From an uncultured Acidobacteriota bacterium (GTDB lineage Bacteria; Acidobacteriota; Blastocatellia; RBC074), in NCBI GenBank assembly GCA_963796275.1, contig CAWCKY010000004.1, forward strand, positions 480,001-544,000: a DNA stretch of 64,000 nt. Direction: 5' to 3'. The translations under genes and the position numbers were made by a program. The notes under the pieces are model-generated. The model was not told the DNA's origin. It did no database searches and was given only the letters and a program-made list of their open reading frames with translations. Positions 1 through 11,305 of this stretch are shown here, piece by piece (the first letter of the stretch is position 1; every line of letters begins with the position of its first letter).

Positions 1-264
1 ATGGTCTTGTATATCGCCAGCCGCAGTCTAGATTACACTGAGGCAGAAGATATAGTACAAGAAATATTCTTCCATTCGATCCTCGAGAGCGGTTGGCGCT
101 TCGATCCGGGGAAATCGAAATTCAAATCCTGGCTCTGGACATGCACCTTGCATCGAGTCTGGAGGCGCTTGTCTTACTTCGAGGTTCGCCGCCGCCATCA
201 TGAAGCTGCCATCAATCTCTATCGCGAGAGGGGCGGTCTTTTCGATGATTTTGATGATATTTAA
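1..264 (+). CDS. ECF-type sigma-70 factor fragment (region 2 only; may begin upstream of the window)
   Basis: AEDIVQEIF...RFDPGKSKFKSWLW is a typical ECF sigma2 signature; stop codon arrives before any sigma4 HTH. Confidence 0.65.
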   Translation: MVLYIASRSLDYTEAEDIVQEIFFHSILESGWRFDPGKSKFKSWLWTCTLHRVWRRLSYFEVRRRHHEAAINLYRERGGLFDDFDDI

Positions 265-319
265 GTTCCATCGTTAAAAAGTCATCGTAAAAACATCGTG
301 AAGAAGGAAGCCGCCCGGG

Positions 320-2794
320 TCAATCGTGTCTCAGCGTCTTCAGAGGATTAAGTTTTGTCGCGCGCCTCGCCGGGATATAACAAGCCAGCAGCGCCACTGC
401 TGACAGCAACAGTGAGACCGCGATGAAGGTTACCGGATCGGTCGGCTGCACTTTATAGAGCAATCCGGAAAGCGTCCGCGTCAACGCATAAGCTGCAACC
501 AGCCCGACGCTGATGCCGATGAGGATCAGCGTCATTCCATGCTTGAGTATGATCTTTAGTACGTCGGGCGCCTGCGCCCCAAGCGCGATGCGGATACCGA
601 TCTCCTGCGTACGCTGCGTAACGGCGTAGGAGATCACGCCGTAAATCCCCATGACGGCCAGCGCAAGCGCGACGGCGGCCAGCGCGGTGAGCAGCAACAT
701 ATTGAAGCGCGGGCGAGCAATGGAGCGCCAGAGCACCCGTTCCATCGGCCTGACATCGGCTATCGCCAGCATCGGATCCAATTCGTGAATCTCACGCCTG
801 ACAGAGGCGCTCAAACTCGCCGGGTCGACAGTCGTGCGCACCAGGACAGTCCCAAAAGCAAAAGACCAACTTTTATGCGGCCAGTAGACAGTCGGCCTGC
901 TCTCGGATTCGAAGTCGGTGATTTTAACATCTCCCACAACGCCGATAATTTCATCCAGCGGTTCGGTCGGACGGTTTAGTCGTACCCGGCGGCCCAGCGG
1001 GTTCTCGTTGGGCCAGAATTGTCGCGCCATCGTTTCATTGATGATGATCACTCGGTCATCCGCTTCGCTAATTTCACGTTGCGTGAAATCCCGCCCTAAT
1101 CTAACCGGAATGCCCATAGTTCTAAAGTAGTTACTATTCAACAGGCGGACATCGGCTACCGGTTTGTTCGGCTGGTCCAGCGCGTGGACGCCCTCGACCA
1201 TAAAGGGCATAGCGAAGCCGTTCAGACCCAGCCCGGAGCTTAATGGCAGGTGACTTACGACGCTGGCGGATTCTACCCCGGGAAGCGCATCAAGCCGTTG
1301 GATTATCTGCTCAAAAAATGCCGTACGTTTGGGACCGTCGATGTATGCGGGTGGAGGCAGCAGCAATTTCATCGTTAGCAGGTTCCGCGGATTGAAGCCC
1401 GGGTCGGTCACTTGCAGGAGTAGAAAACTCCGGATCATCAAACCACATCCTATCAGAAGTACGAGAGCGAGCGCGATTTCCGACACTATGAACAGGCTGC
1501 GCAGCCTGGCGCTCCTCATGCCCGACATCACGCTTCTTCCGCTTTCCTTCAACATTCGGTTGAGATCGAGAGTTGCGGCATGAAACGAGGGCGCGAGGCC
1601 GGAGATGATCCCCGCAAGCAAGGAAACACCTGCTGTAAAACCGAGCACAACGCCATCCAATGGTAAGGCGTCTAGCTCCGACAAGCGCGGGATGTTGGCG
1701 GGATCGAGCGCGACCAGCAATTCGACAAGTGATAACGCAAGCAACAGACCGAGGGCGCCGCCCAGTGCGGCCAGGATGAGATTTTCGGTCAGCAAAAGGC
1801 GAATGAGCCGCCGGCGACCCGCGCCCAGCGAAGCGCGAATGGCCATTTCCCTCTCTCTGGCGGCCGCCTGAGCCAGACGAAGATTGGCGACGTTGGCGCA
1901 TGCTATCAGGAGAACGAAACCGACCGCTCCGAGCAGGGTGAAGAGCGTCTGGTGGATGTTTCCAATCACACGCAGGTCGACCGGCTCGACGCTCACATTG
2001 ACGCCGGCATTTAGGACCGGATCCTTCTGTTGCAACTGGCCGGCTATAACATTCATCTCCGCTTGCGCCTGCTCAACCGTCACAAACGGCTTGAGTCGCG
2101 CCAGCACACCTAAGAAACGTCCGAAGCCGGCAGCGGAATAACCTTTCGCAGGGTCCAAACCCAGGGGTGTCCACACATCCGCCTCTTGTTCATTAAATTT
2201 GAACCCGGGCGGCATGACCCCGATCACCGAATGGCCCACGCCGTCGATACTGATCGTGGTCCCGGGAACACTCTGATCTCCGCCGAAACGTCGCTGCCAG
2301 AGACCGTGGCTCAAAATTGCGACTCGATCGCCATGCGGCGTTTCTTCTTTCCTCACGGTGTGCGGCATGTCCTCTTGCTGCGAGAAGACACGGCCCAGCG
2401 CAGCCTGGACGCCCAGCATTGGAAAGAAATTGGCCGAGACTTGATGGAGTCGGACCGGCTCCGGCTCACCCGAACCGGTGAGGGTCTGCTGATCGAGAGC
2501 TAGCATTGCGGCGAGCTCTTCTAATACGCGGTTGTTCTTCTGCCAATCGTGGAAATTGTCGGGCGCCACTCTCCCCCAAATGATCGCGCTCCTGGAACGA
2601 TATTCCGAGAGCATCACCAGCCTCTCGGGCTCGCGATAGGGGAGCGGACGCAGCATAACTGCATTAACGACGCTGAAGATAGCGCTATTCGCGCCGATTC
2701 CTAAAGCCAGGCTGAGCACGATGATGGCTGTGAAGATCGGCCTATTGCGCAGCATCCTCAGGCTGTACCGAATATCTTTCCAGAGAGTATCCAT
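320..2794 (-). CDS. Duplicated MacB/FtsX-type ABC permease (acidobacterial ADOP family)
   Basis: 824 aa; [50 protein letters not shown]; two permease halves. Confidence 0.93.
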   Translation of the reverse strand: MDTLWKDIRYSLRMLRNRPIFTAIIVLSLALGIGANSAIFSVVNAVMLRPLPYREPERLVMLSEYRSRSAIIWGRVAPDNFHDWQKNNRVLEELAAMLALDQQTLTGSGEPEPVRLHQVSANFFPMLGVQAALGRVFSQQEDMPHTVRKEETPHGDRVAILSHGLWQRRFGGDQSVPGTTISIDGVGHSVIGVMPPGFKFNEQEADVWTPLGLDPAKGYSAAGFGRFLGVLARLKPFVTVEQAQAEMNVIAGQLQQKDPVLNAGVNVSVEPVDLRVIGNIHQTLFTLLGAVGFVLLIACANVANLRLAQAAAREREMAIRASLGAGRRRLIRLLLTENLILAALGGALGLLLALSLVELLVALDPANIPRLSELDALPLDGVVLGFTAGVSLLAGIISGLAPSFHAATLDLNRMLKESGRSVMSGMRSARLRSLFIVSEIALALVLLIGCGLMIRSFLLLQVTDPGFNPRNLLTMKLLLPPPAYIDGPKRTAFFEQIIQRLDALPGVESASVVSHLPLSSGLGLNGFAMPFMVEGVHALDQPNKPVADVRLLNSNYFRTMGIPVRLGRDFTQREISEADDRVIIINETMARQFWPNENPLGRRVRLNRPTEPLDEIIGVVGDVKITDFESESRPTVYWPHKSWSFAFGTVLVRTTVDPASLSASVRREIHELDPMLAIADVRPMERVLWRSIARPRFNMLLLTALAAVALALAVMGIYGVISYAVTQRTQEIGIRIALGAQAPDVLKIILKHGMTLILIGISVGLVAAYALTRTLSGLLYKVQPTDPVTFIAVSLLLSAVALLACYIPARRATKLNPLKTLRHD

Positions 2795-3148
2795 AGGTTA
2801 ATCTCCTGGGGCAAACTCCTGGTGAAAGAGCGAACGCGAAACACGCGAAGCAGACGAAGAAAATCTCATCGTGGGTTTATCCGCGTGTATAGCCTAATTC
2901 ACATGTTTCGCGTTCTCGAGGGCATGAATAGAAATCGCTATCGATGCGAAGTATATAGAGGACTGCGACAACCTCAAACTCAATTTTGCAACGCATACGG
3001 CGATAGAACGCCTATGCCGGCAAACGCAATTGTCATCTTCCTCTACCGGCCACCTGACGCTTCACACACAGGCGACTTTGAGTTGGGCTTATCCCTATTT
3101 TGTTGCTCATTCATTTGATTATTGAATTGGGCGCTGACGCCCAACTTA

Positions 3149-3925
3149 TTACTTGGATTCCTCAGGTGACACTATCATCCACTCCCATATCGTCTCGCCT
3201 AAACGATATATGGGGCAGACACTTGTCCCAAGCGCAGGCACTGGCAGCCCAAACTTTTCCCCGGAGGCGAAGTACCACATTTGCTCGGGTTGGGAGCGCA
3301 CGATGTTGTAGAAATATTTGAAATGATCGCCTGTGATAGCTTCAGCCAGGTTGCCTATTTCGACTTCGTAGCGGCTTCCACTTTGAAAGACGAAATCTTC
3401 GGTTCCGTTGAAGAAATGTAACACAGCGTAGCCGCCCTCCGGAATCTCAACTTCAAGACCAGCGCTGGTCGCCATCTCTGTTGGCCCATGCGCGCATAAT
3501 TTGCCCGTGCCTAGATCGGCAAAGCGAACATTGGTATATGGATTGGTAGAGTAAATACTTCCATTCCTGAAGTAGAGCCGCGCTCGACATAGCTTCGGAT
3601 CGACCTGTAACTTTTCATTCGGGTGCAGATCATTCTCGATATCCACCAGCATATCGAATGAACGATGCGGATCGTCAGGCGACTGGGGAATATAACGGCC
3701 GAGCGGCTTGCCTTCGGGAAATACTTCAAGGCAGATGTCACCGTTGATTTCGGTAAAGGTGTGATATTCACGCTCAACCACCCCATCCCGTTTGATGATG
3801 ATGTGAGGTTCGTGGATATGTTCAGGCGCCTCTCCCTCGGTTGAGATCAGGCCGACCATCAGGCGTTCCGGGTATCTGCTGAAAAATGCACAAAGGTCTT
3901 CAAAACTGAATCTAATCGTGTTCAT
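3149..3925 (-). CDS. Hypothetical protein divergent from the TPR-CHAT gene
   Basis: 258-aa ORF with AGGAGA RBS; no family recognised. Confidence 0.75.
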   Translation of the reverse strand: MNTIRFSFEDLCAFFSRYPERLMVGLISTEGEAPEHIHEPHIIIKRDGVVEREYHTFTEINGDICLEVFPEGKPLGRYIPQSPDDPHRSFDMLVDIENDLHPNEKLQVDPKLCRARLYFRNGSIYSTNPYTNVRFADLGTGKLCAHGPTEMATSAGLEVEIPEGGYAVLHFFNGTEDFVFQSGSRYEVEIGNLAEAITGDHFKYFYNIVRSQPEQMWYFASGEKFGLPVPALGTSVCPIYRLGETIWEWMIVSPEESK

Positions 3926-4663
3926 GGTTTCTCCTTTTTATGGGCCAGTTTTATTGAGCCAGTTAAATCAATGAGCTTCTTGAGTTGGTAATCAACGCGG
4001 AGGAAAGCGCGAGGAAATCAGGGATATGCTCTTCCCTGTTCTCCATGCTATTCCCCAAAATTTACTTGTTTTCTCCGCGTTATCTGCAACCAAAGGCTTG
4101 TGTTAAGCGGTTCAACCAGTCGTAGCGCCTGATCGAATCTGGTACTACGACCAGAATTATTCGAGCAACTACATAATGCTCTAATAAACTTTCTGACAGC
4201 TAATACTATTTCTGAGGATAAGACGGATACCGTTCTTTTTTTATTTCAGCGTCAATTCTATCTGCGCGTTTAGTTGGAGGAATCTATCTGTGGGTGTATT
4301 TGGGAGATTCGATTTGAAATTTACACATTTAAGCCATTAAACAGTTACAAAATATTGACCTGTGGTCTCTTTACGTTGAGAATGTGGTTGTACGTCGTGA
4401 CTCAGGCTGAAAATTTATTGTCTGCTTCCCTAATAACCTGGTAATTTTCTTCATTGGGAAGATTCTCACAAAGATGCAGTCGATTTATCCGGCTCCCCAC
4501 TCAACACTTTGAGTGACTTTTACAAAAATAATAATTGCGAAATAGGCAAATTTTTCTCTGTATTGCGTCCTTCTAACAATAGAAGGCTTTTTGGAATCAG
4601 CTCAATTCAAATCTGGAAAATTAAGAGTCTTCGAAGTCCCCCAATTAACGTTAAGAGAATACG

Positions 4664-7600
4664 ATGATAGAAGAAAGCAAAGGAAAGTACGGGCAGATAA
4701 AACATCCAGACAGAAACTTGATGGTAGGTTATGTGACTGGATACTGTTCCGCAGATGCAAGAGAGATCATTGAGGAGCATTGCATAGATTGTCACGAATG
4801 TCGAACTCAACTATCTTTTCTGCTTCACCTGACCATTTCTCATCCGGACGAAAATGAGAGGCGAGAGACCAGTACACTGCAGCCGTATGGAGAAGCAGCG
4901 GCTGCTCGAGCTCGATCAATCGTGATGGGGCAGCAGAAACAGCACCGCAGTCAGCCGGGCAGTTCTTCAGCGACAGGGTGGGGAAAAAGGTTTTGGGTTC
5001 ATAGACCTGTACTCGTACCAGCACTGATGATCATCGTACTGATTGCCGGCAGTCTTTTTGGATACGTCATCACGTATCGTCAGTCTTCCGAAGAAATTAT
5101 GCTCGCACGCGTGCGTGATGTTTACCAGAACACTCGTTTGCTTCAGGCGCGTGTGACGGGCGGCTTTACACACCAGGAATATGTGGAGATACGCAACCCG
5201 GGCGATCCTATCGGAGTAGATGAGAGCCGGCGCATTGCTTTATTGTCGGAGTTAGACCACGAAGTATACACACATCAAAAAGCTGCCACCCGCCACAACC
5301 TGGGCAAACTTTTCATGTTGCATGGCGATCTGGGTCCCGCTGAGCAGCAGTTTTTACTCGCGTTGAAGGATCGTCCGCGGGATGCCAGTCTTCTGGCCGA
5401 TCTCGGCGCGCTTTACTTCGAGCGCAGCCGGAAAAAGATTAAGGAAAGTTACGAGCCATTGCACAAAGCTGTCGAGCATCTCTCGAACGCCATTGAGACC
5501 GATCCCACGCTTCCCGAGGCTTGGTTCAACCGTGCGCTCTGTTATGAAAGGATGAACCTCTTCCTGCAAGCGGAAAACGACTGGAAACAATATCTCACAC
5601 TAGACAGCGAGTCGGCCTGGGCGGAGGAGGCGCGCGAGCATCTCAATGAATTGCGCGACCGCGCGACGAGGCTGGAGAAGCTGGAACAGAACGTGCAGGC
5701 TGAGTTCCAAGCAGCCGAGGCTGCGGGCGACGAGGTCAAGATGCGCGATTTGGTGGCCGGGCATTTCGTCCCGGTGCGAAATCTCGCGATGGATCAACTT
5801 TTCGATCAGTATTTGAACGCAGCCATAGTCGGAGAGAACCAAAGAGCCGATCAATTCTTGCGGAGTCTCAAAAATATTGGGCGGCTGATAAGCGAGATCA
5901 AGGGAGATCGCTTCATCGCTGATGTAGTTGATTTTGTGGCACGCGGCTCCCTAGCGGTTAAAAGGGAGGTACAGGCCATCTGTCAGACATTACAGCAAGC
6001 TAGACAGGAAGATTTACGTGGCAATACCGGCGCCGCCTCTGCCCTATACGAGAAGGCTCGTAACGCTGCTGATCGCATCGCGGATTATTGTCATGCTGAA
6101 ATGGCCTCTCTTGGCCTTGCCCGCTACTATCAGCACAGAGACGAATCTCAGAAACTCCTAGGACTCAGAAACCGCTTAATCATTGACACTAAAAGACATA
6201 GCCATCGACAATTGTACGCACAGGCTCTACTCGCTCTGGCCAATTCCGAAATTGCGGCACAGCATTTATCGCTTTGCCTGCAACACAGTAAGGAGGCTGC
6301 TGAAGTCGCCAAGAGTTTAGGTGACACACAAACAGCAGTTAACAGTTTGAGATTTGTCGGTTTCGCTTTTACCCGCCTGGGCGAGTACGATCCGGCATTA
6401 AAGGAGTTCAACGAAGCTATTTCGTTATTGCGCGATTCACCGATAACGCCGCTCATGGCTGCTGGTGCTAACGATGTATTGGGCGATACTCTATTTCGGA
6501 TGGGCAGGTATCTTACCGCTCTACCTTATCAGCACGAAGCGATACGAATGTGTGAGCGATCCGGCAACACCACAGTCCTGGCAATCATGATACAGAATCT
6601 CGGAATGACCTACGGTATGCTGGGGCATTATGAGAAGGCTATGCATTATCTCAATGATGCAGTCGCACGCGCGGAGACAATATCAGATCAGGTAGCACGC
6701 TTCCGGTTACAAATAGATATCTATACCAGGTTTGGGGATTTCTACCTGCAACAAAATAAAATCAGCGAAGCAATTGCCACTTACCGACGAGCCATTGAGA
6801 ACATCGGCCAGGGACCTAGTCGATTCCACCTGTCGTCCATCCACAATGGATTGGCGACAGCGTATCTAGCTCAGGGCAAAGACTCCGAGGCCGAGGCGGA
6901 GCTTGAGAAGAGTATTAGACTCACGGAAGAGGCACGCAAAGGAATCGATGATTTACATCGCCGAGGCACCTTCCTCGCCAGCCAACAGAATGTTTACCGC
7001 ACAATGATCGACTTTCAGTTCCTCAACAAAAAAGATTCCGTGCGGGCTTTCAATTACGCCGAGATCGCCAAGGGTCGTGAGCTGCTCGACGCGTTAAGCG
7101 GCTCAGGGCGACCGACTGAGAGCGACGGCCAGGTCAAGTTGGCTCTCTCTCGCAGCGCAGACCCGCTCACACTGGAACAGGTGCAGAAAGCGCTGCCCGC
7201 CGGCGTCCAGCTCGTGCAATATGTCGTCGACAAGAATCGCTTGATGATTTGGTTCGTCACGCGTGATTGTTTTGCCACCACTAAACTCGATATCGGCGCG
7301 GACGATTTGCGCGGCAAGGTCACAAGTTACCTCGATACGCTGCGCGCGCGGGGCAACCTGGAGAACCTGAACCGCCAGGCGTCTGATTTGTATCAATTAC
7401 TGATCGCGCCGATCGGCGGACACCTCAATCGGAATCACACCCTCTGCATCGTGCCGGATGGCGTATTGCGAGATTTGCCCTTCGCTTCGCTGGTATCCCC
7501 GGAATTGAAACGTTACCTGATCGAGGATTTCGCGCTAATCATCAACCCGAGCGCGAGCGTCTTCGCGCGTACACTAGATCTATCTCGTAGCAAACAGAGG

Positions 7601-8272
7601 AGCGAATCGGAGCCGTTTCTCGGTCTCGGCAATCCCAGTTTCAATCAACAGGCCTTCCCCAAACTTTTTCCCCTTCACAAGTCGGAGCAGGAGCTCGATC
7701 GCATCCGTTCCTTCTACCCGCAGCGCCTGGTCCTGAACCGCCGGCAAGCTACTGAAAGCGCGCTCGCCCAACAAATAGGCAACTATGAGATCGTCCATCT
7801 GGCCACGCACGCGTTGAGCAATCAAAAGTCTACTATGCTCTCTACCGTCTTCCTGGCTGGCGAGAGCGATTCTGCGACAGAGGGACAGAATCCCGATCGA
7901 GTCGCCTATGACGGCGCTCTTCGTGCTCACGAGATCTACCGTTTGAAGCCGGAGAGAACGCGCCTGGTCGTTCTTTCGAGCTGTCGCTCCGGACTGGGCG
8001 ATCAGTCACGCAATGAAACGATGGGCGGCCTGGCGCAGGCTTTCCTGGTCGCCGGCGTCCCGACTGTGGTCGCAAGCCTGTGGGATGTCGATGATGATAG
8101 CACTGCCCGGCTGATGGAGAAGTTCCACGCCGCACATCGCGAAAAGAGACTGGCCTTCGGCGAGGCTTTACGGCAGACTCAGATTTCGTTCTTGCAAACC
8201 GCGCCGCTGCGTCTTCGGCATCCGTACTTCTGGGCGACTTTCATAGTCACGGGCGACGGATTGGCCGGCTAA
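4664..8272 (+). CDS. Anti-sigma zinc finger - TM helix - TPR - CHAT (caspase-like) protease
   Basis: N-terminal HCIDCHEC (HxxxCxxC), hydrophobic helix PVLVPALMIIVLIAGSLFGYV, many TPRs, CHAT motifs IVPDGVL, HLATHA (His), LSSCRSG (Cys), VASLWDVDD, HPYFWATF. Confidence 0.92.
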   Translation: MIEESKGKYGQIKHPDRNLMVGYVTGYCSADAREIIEEHCIDCHECRTQLSFLLHLTISHPDENERRETSTLQPYGEAAAARARSIVMGQQKQHRSQPGSSSATGWGKRFWVHRPVLVPALMIIVLIAGSLFGYVITYRQSSEEIMLARVRDVYQNTRLLQARVTGGFTHQEYVEIRNPGDPIGVDESRRIALLSELDHEVYTHQKAATRHNLGKLFMLHGDLGPAEQQFLLALKDRPRDASLLADLGALYFERSRKKIKESYEPLHKAVEHLSNAIETDPTLPEAWFNRALCYERMNLFLQAENDWKQYLTLDSESAWAEEAREHLNELRDRATRLEKLEQNVQAEFQAAEAAGDEVKMRDLVAGHFVPVRNLAMDQLFDQYLNAAIVGENQRADQFLRSLKNIGRLISEIKGDRFIADVVDFVARGSLAVKREVQAICQTLQQARQEDLRGNTGAASALYEKARNAADRIADYCHAEMASLGLARYYQHRDESQKLLGLRNRLIIDTKRHSHRQLYAQALLALANSEIAAQHLSLCLQHSKEAAEVAKSLGDTQTAVNSLRFVGFAFTRLGEYDPALKEFNEAISLLRDSPITPLMAAGANDVLGDTLFRMGRYLTALPYQHEAIRMCERSGNTTVLAIMIQNLGMTYGMLGHYEKAMHYLNDAVARAETISDQVARFRLQIDIYTRFGDFYLQQNKISEAIATYRRAIENIGQGPSRFHLSSIHNGLATAYLAQGKDSEAEAELEKSIRLTEEARKGIDDLHRRGTFLASQQNVYRTMIDFQFLNKKDSVRAFNYAEIAKGRELLDALSGSGRPTESDGQVKLALSRSADPLTLEQVQKALPAGVQLVQYVVDKNRLMIWFVTRDCFATTKLDIGADDLRGKVTSYLDTLRARGNLENLNRQASDLYQLLIAPIGGHLNRNHTLCIVPDGVLRDLPFASLVSPELKRYLIEDFALIINPSASVFARTLDLSRSKQRSESEPFLGLGNPSFNQQAFPKLFPLHKSEQELDRIRSFYPQRLVLNRRQATESALAQQIGNYEIVHLATHALSNQKSTMLSTVFLAGESDSATEGQNPDRVAYDGALRAHEIYRLKPERTRLVVLSSCRSGLGDQSRNETMGGLAQAFLVAGVPTVVASLWDVDDDSTARLMEKFHAAHREKRLAFGEALRQTQISFLQTAPLRLRHPYFWATFIVTGDGLAG

Positions 8273-8289
8273 TTCCGGCTGAATTTGGA

Positions 8290-9828
8290 TCACAGCACCG
8301 CATCGATCAATCGCGGCCCTTCTTCCGACAGGGCTCGCTCCAGCGCATTCGTCAATTCTTCCGCAGTCTCAACCCTCGATGCAGGTACACCCATTCCCTG
8401 CGCCAATTGCGCCCAATCGAGCGCGGGATCGGTGAGGTTCATCAGGCTCTGCGCCTGTTTACCGAACTCCTTCACTCCGGCGCGCATGAGTTCGAGTCCG
8501 AGGATGCGATAGCCGCGGTTGTTGCAGATGATCGTTTTGACGTTGAGCTGTTCGCGCGCCTGCGTCCAGAGCGATTGCAGCGTATACATCGCGCTGCCAT
8601 CGGCCTGCAATGTGATAACGGGCCGATCGGGACATGCGACGGCGGCTCCGGTCGCGCAGGGCAATCCCAAACCGATCGCGCCGCCCGGTTGTGTCAGATA
8701 CGAATGCCTAGGCGCGCTCTGAGACGTTACGCAGAACGGCCCGGTGCTGGTGTTGCCCTCCTCCATCACTATGGCATTCTCCGGCAACAACGAAGCAACA
8801 ACAGCGGATAGAATGCCAGGATCGATTTTGCCCCCCTGAGGCGGCGGGACTGTTCGAACGAGGTTGACTTCCATCTCGCCGGGGGCGCCAAGAGCATCGG
8901 CCAACGCCTCGAGCGCCGCAGCGACATCATCCTCCGGGGTCGCGAGCGTTATCGTCTTCTGTTCCGGTGAAATCAGCAAACTCGGCAATCCGGGATAGCC
9001 GAAGAATGCCACCGGCGATCGAGCGCCGGCCAGAATCACCGATTTGTAAGGCGAGATGGCTGCCATAGCGGGTTCAGGGAAATAGGGTAACCGCTCGATA
9101 AGCGGAGTACCCGTCCCCCGCTCCCAACGGGCCGGAAAAGTCTCGCACATCAGCTTGCAGTTGCTCGCTGCGGCGACGCGGGCCGCGGCTTTCAAGCCGC
9201 GCTCCCGTAAGGCATACCCGCCGAGAAATAGGACCGCTTCATTTCGTATGGCCCGCGCTGCCTGGTCGACCGCCTCGCTGCTAACCAGCGGAGGCGACGG
9301 AACCGGTAACGATGGAGCATATCCATTGACAGACTCGAGCTGATAATCGTGCGGCACGATCAAAGTCGCAATGTTTCCCGGCGTTCTCGAAGCTGCGGCT
9401 ACAGCGTCTGCCGCATCACCGGCCAGCCTCACGGCGGATGTGCTTCGGCGCACCCAGGCTGAAACCGGCCGCGCCAGCGATTCGATATCCGAATTCAAGG
9501 GGGGATCGGCTGCCAGGTGCCAGGTCGCGTGATCGCCGATCAGATTGACCACGGGCGACCCGGCTCGCCTTGCATCGTGCAGATATGCAATGCCATTAGC
9601 GAATCCCGGACCCAGATGCAGCAGCGTCAAACCCGGTTTGCCGGACATCCGCGCATAGCCATCAGCCGCGCCGGTGCACACCCCTTCAAACAGACACAGT
9701 ACTGTCCGCATCCCGCCGACATCATCCAATGCCCTCACCATAGGCATCTCGGTCGTGCCGGGATTGGCAAAACAGACATTAATTCCGGCGCCCGTCAATG
9801 TGCGGATTAAGCTCTCTGCTCCGTTCAT
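8290..9828 (-). CDS. TPP-dependent acetolactate synthase large subunit-like protein
   Basis: [29 protein letters not shown] motif ADGSAMY...NN. Confidence 0.9.
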   Translation of the reverse strand: MNGAESLIRTLTGAGINVCFANPGTTEMPMVRALDDVGGMRTVLCLFEGVCTGAADGYARMSGKPGLTLLHLGPGFANGIAYLHDARRAGSPVVNLIGDHATWHLAADPPLNSDIESLARPVSAWVRRSTSAVRLAGDAADAVAAASRTPGNIATLIVPHDYQLESVNGYAPSLPVPSPPLVSSEAVDQAARAIRNEAVLFLGGYALRERGLKAAARVAAASNCKLMCETFPARWERGTGTPLIERLPYFPEPAMAAISPYKSVILAGARSPVAFFGYPGLPSLLISPEQKTITLATPEDDVAAALEALADALGAPGEMEVNLVRTVPPPQGGKIDPGILSAVVASLLPENAIVMEEGNTSTGPFCVTSQSAPRHSYLTQPGGAIGLGLPCATGAAVACPDRPVITLQADGSAMYTLQSLWTQAREQLNVKTIICNNRGYRILGLELMRAGVKEFGKQAQSLMNLTDPALDWAQLAQGMGVPASRVETAEELTNALERALSEEGPRLIDAVL

Positions 9829-9832
9829 AGTT

Positions 9833-10333
9833 CTATTTTATCGGTGAGTAATCAGTGGCCATCAGGATCACGGAATCGACTTTTTCTGTAAGCCTGCCAT
9901 TCTTCTCGCTCGCAGTCCTGGCCGCCTGCCATTCGGGATCAGCCACGAACTCCTTCCATGACTTTTCGCGCGCCTCGCGGCTCGGAAACGCCATAACATA
10001 GACAAGTTTGTTTTCCGAGCCCTTCTCTTTATCCGCCGGTCCCCAGAATCCAACCACCTCCATTCCGTGCTTCTTGAATATCTTCATCGTGTGATTGCGG
10101 AATCTCGCGTGCAACTCTTCCAGCTTTCCCGGCGCTGCCGTGTATGTGCGGATCTCATAACAGCGCGAATTTTTCGAAAGCGATGGACTGGGAGCGAATG
10201 TCAACGGAGCCGGCGCCGGAGTACTCGCTTGAGCCGGCTGGGCTGTTTGCGCCGATACATTAATTGAAATGACGTAGACAAATGTTGCGATGAGGAAAAA
10301 TCTGATGAGATTGTGCATGCGTTTTAGCTCCAT
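9833..10333 (-). CDS. NIPSNAP family protein with signal peptide
   Basis: [12 protein letters not shown]...RF...GFW...F.ADPEW; start moved to an internal Met because the upstream ORF part overlaps a repeat hairpin. Confidence 0.85.
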   Translation of the reverse strand: MELKRMHNLIRFFLIATFVYVISINVSAQTAQPAQASTPAPAPLTFAPSPSLSKNSRCYEIRTYTAAPGKLEELHARFRNHTMKIFKKHGMEVVGFWGPADKEKGSENKLVYVMAFPSREAREKSWKEFVADPEWQAARTASEKNGRLTEKVDSVILMATDYSPIK

Positions 10334-10344
10334 TGGAAATATTG

Positions 10345-10428
10345 GATAAATGAATAGTTGATAGTCGAGTAGTTCGTAGATACTGTGGCAACAATTTATA
10401 CAAACTATCAACTATCAATTATCAATTA
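10345..10428. repeat. Degenerate heptamer-based inverted repeat (GATAGTT / AACTATC units)
   Basis: Left arm atagttgatagt; right arm aactatcaactatcaattatcaatta. Confidence 0.6.
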
Positions 10429-10431
10429 GTA

Positions 10432-11199
10432 TCATTTCGGTGGCATACGCAAAGCGCCGTCGAGACGGATCACCTCGCCGTTGAGCATTTCGTTTTCGAT
10501 AATATGCCTGGCCAGCGCGGCATACTCTGATGGGTTCCCCAGGCGCGCCGGAAATGGAACCTGCGTGCCGAGCGCCTGCCTCATCTTCTCAGGCAAGCCG
10601 GCCAGCAGAGGCGTATCGAAAAGGCCCGGCGCGATGGTCACCACACGTATGCCGTAGCGCGCCAGGTCGCGCGCGATGGGCAACGTCATTCCAACGATCC
10701 CGCCTTTTGATGCCGAGTAGGCTGCCTGACCTATCTGGCCGTCGAAAGCCGCGACTGAAGCGGTGTTAACGATCACTCCGCGCTCGCCGCTCGGAGCAGG
10801 ATCCTGTTCCGCCATCTGGACTGCCGCAAGGCGAATCACATTGAATGTTCCGATCAGATTCACTTCGATCACGCGTTTGAACGAGGCGAACGAGTGCGGG
10901 CCTTCTTTTCCGATCGTCTTTTCGGCGACGCCTATTCCCGCGCAATTTATCGCGCCGTGCAATGCGCCGAAATTCGATATGGCCGCGCTAACCGCGTGCT
11001 TGACGCTCTCTTCAACCGTCACATCTGTTTTGATGAAACGCGCTTGCGGTCCTATCTCTCCCGCCAATGCCTCGCCTTTTTCGCTGTTGATGTCGGCTAT
11101 GACCACCTTCGCGCCGTTCGAGGCCAGCAATACGGCAGTAGCCGCGCCGAGCCCCGATCCGCCGCCGGAAACCAGGAATGTTCTGTCTTGAATGTCCAC
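10432..11199 (-). CDS. SDR family 3-hydroxyacyl-CoA dehydrogenase (HSD10-like)
   Basis: [42 protein letters not shown]. Confidence 0.93.
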   Translation of the reverse strand: MDIQDRTFLVSGGGSGLGAATAVLLASNGAKVVIADINSEKGEALAGEIGPQARFIKTDVTVEESVKHAVSAAISNFGALHGAINCAGIGVAEKTIGKEGPHSFASFKRVIEVNLIGTFNVIRLAAVQMAEQDPAPSGERGVIVNTASVAAFDGQIGQAAYSASKGGIVGMTLPIARDLARYGIRVVTIAPGLFDTPLLAGLPEKMRQALGTQVPFPARLGNPSEYAALARHIIENEMLNGEVIRLDGALRMPPK

Positions 11200-11216
11200 A
11201 GTGCCTCCTCGGAGAT

Positions 11217-11299
11217 AGTTTTCAGTTTTTAGTTTTTAGTGTTCAGTTGCCTATTGGTATCACGCACCTGAAAACTGAAAACTAAAAACTGAAAACTGA
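11217..11299. repeat. Heptamer tandem inverted repeat (TTTTCAG)n ... (CTGAAAA)n
   Basis: About 4 heptamers per arm forming a long hairpin; related copy at 61453-61557. Confidence 0.8.
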
Positions 11300-11305
11300 T
11301 CTTCA

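Noticed and set aside
3149-3925. Bacterial gasdermin next to a caspase-like protease
   Set aside because: Size and an early Cys fit, but I see no recognisable gasdermin sequence pattern and the protease domain appears extracytoplasmic; only a structure prediction could revive this.
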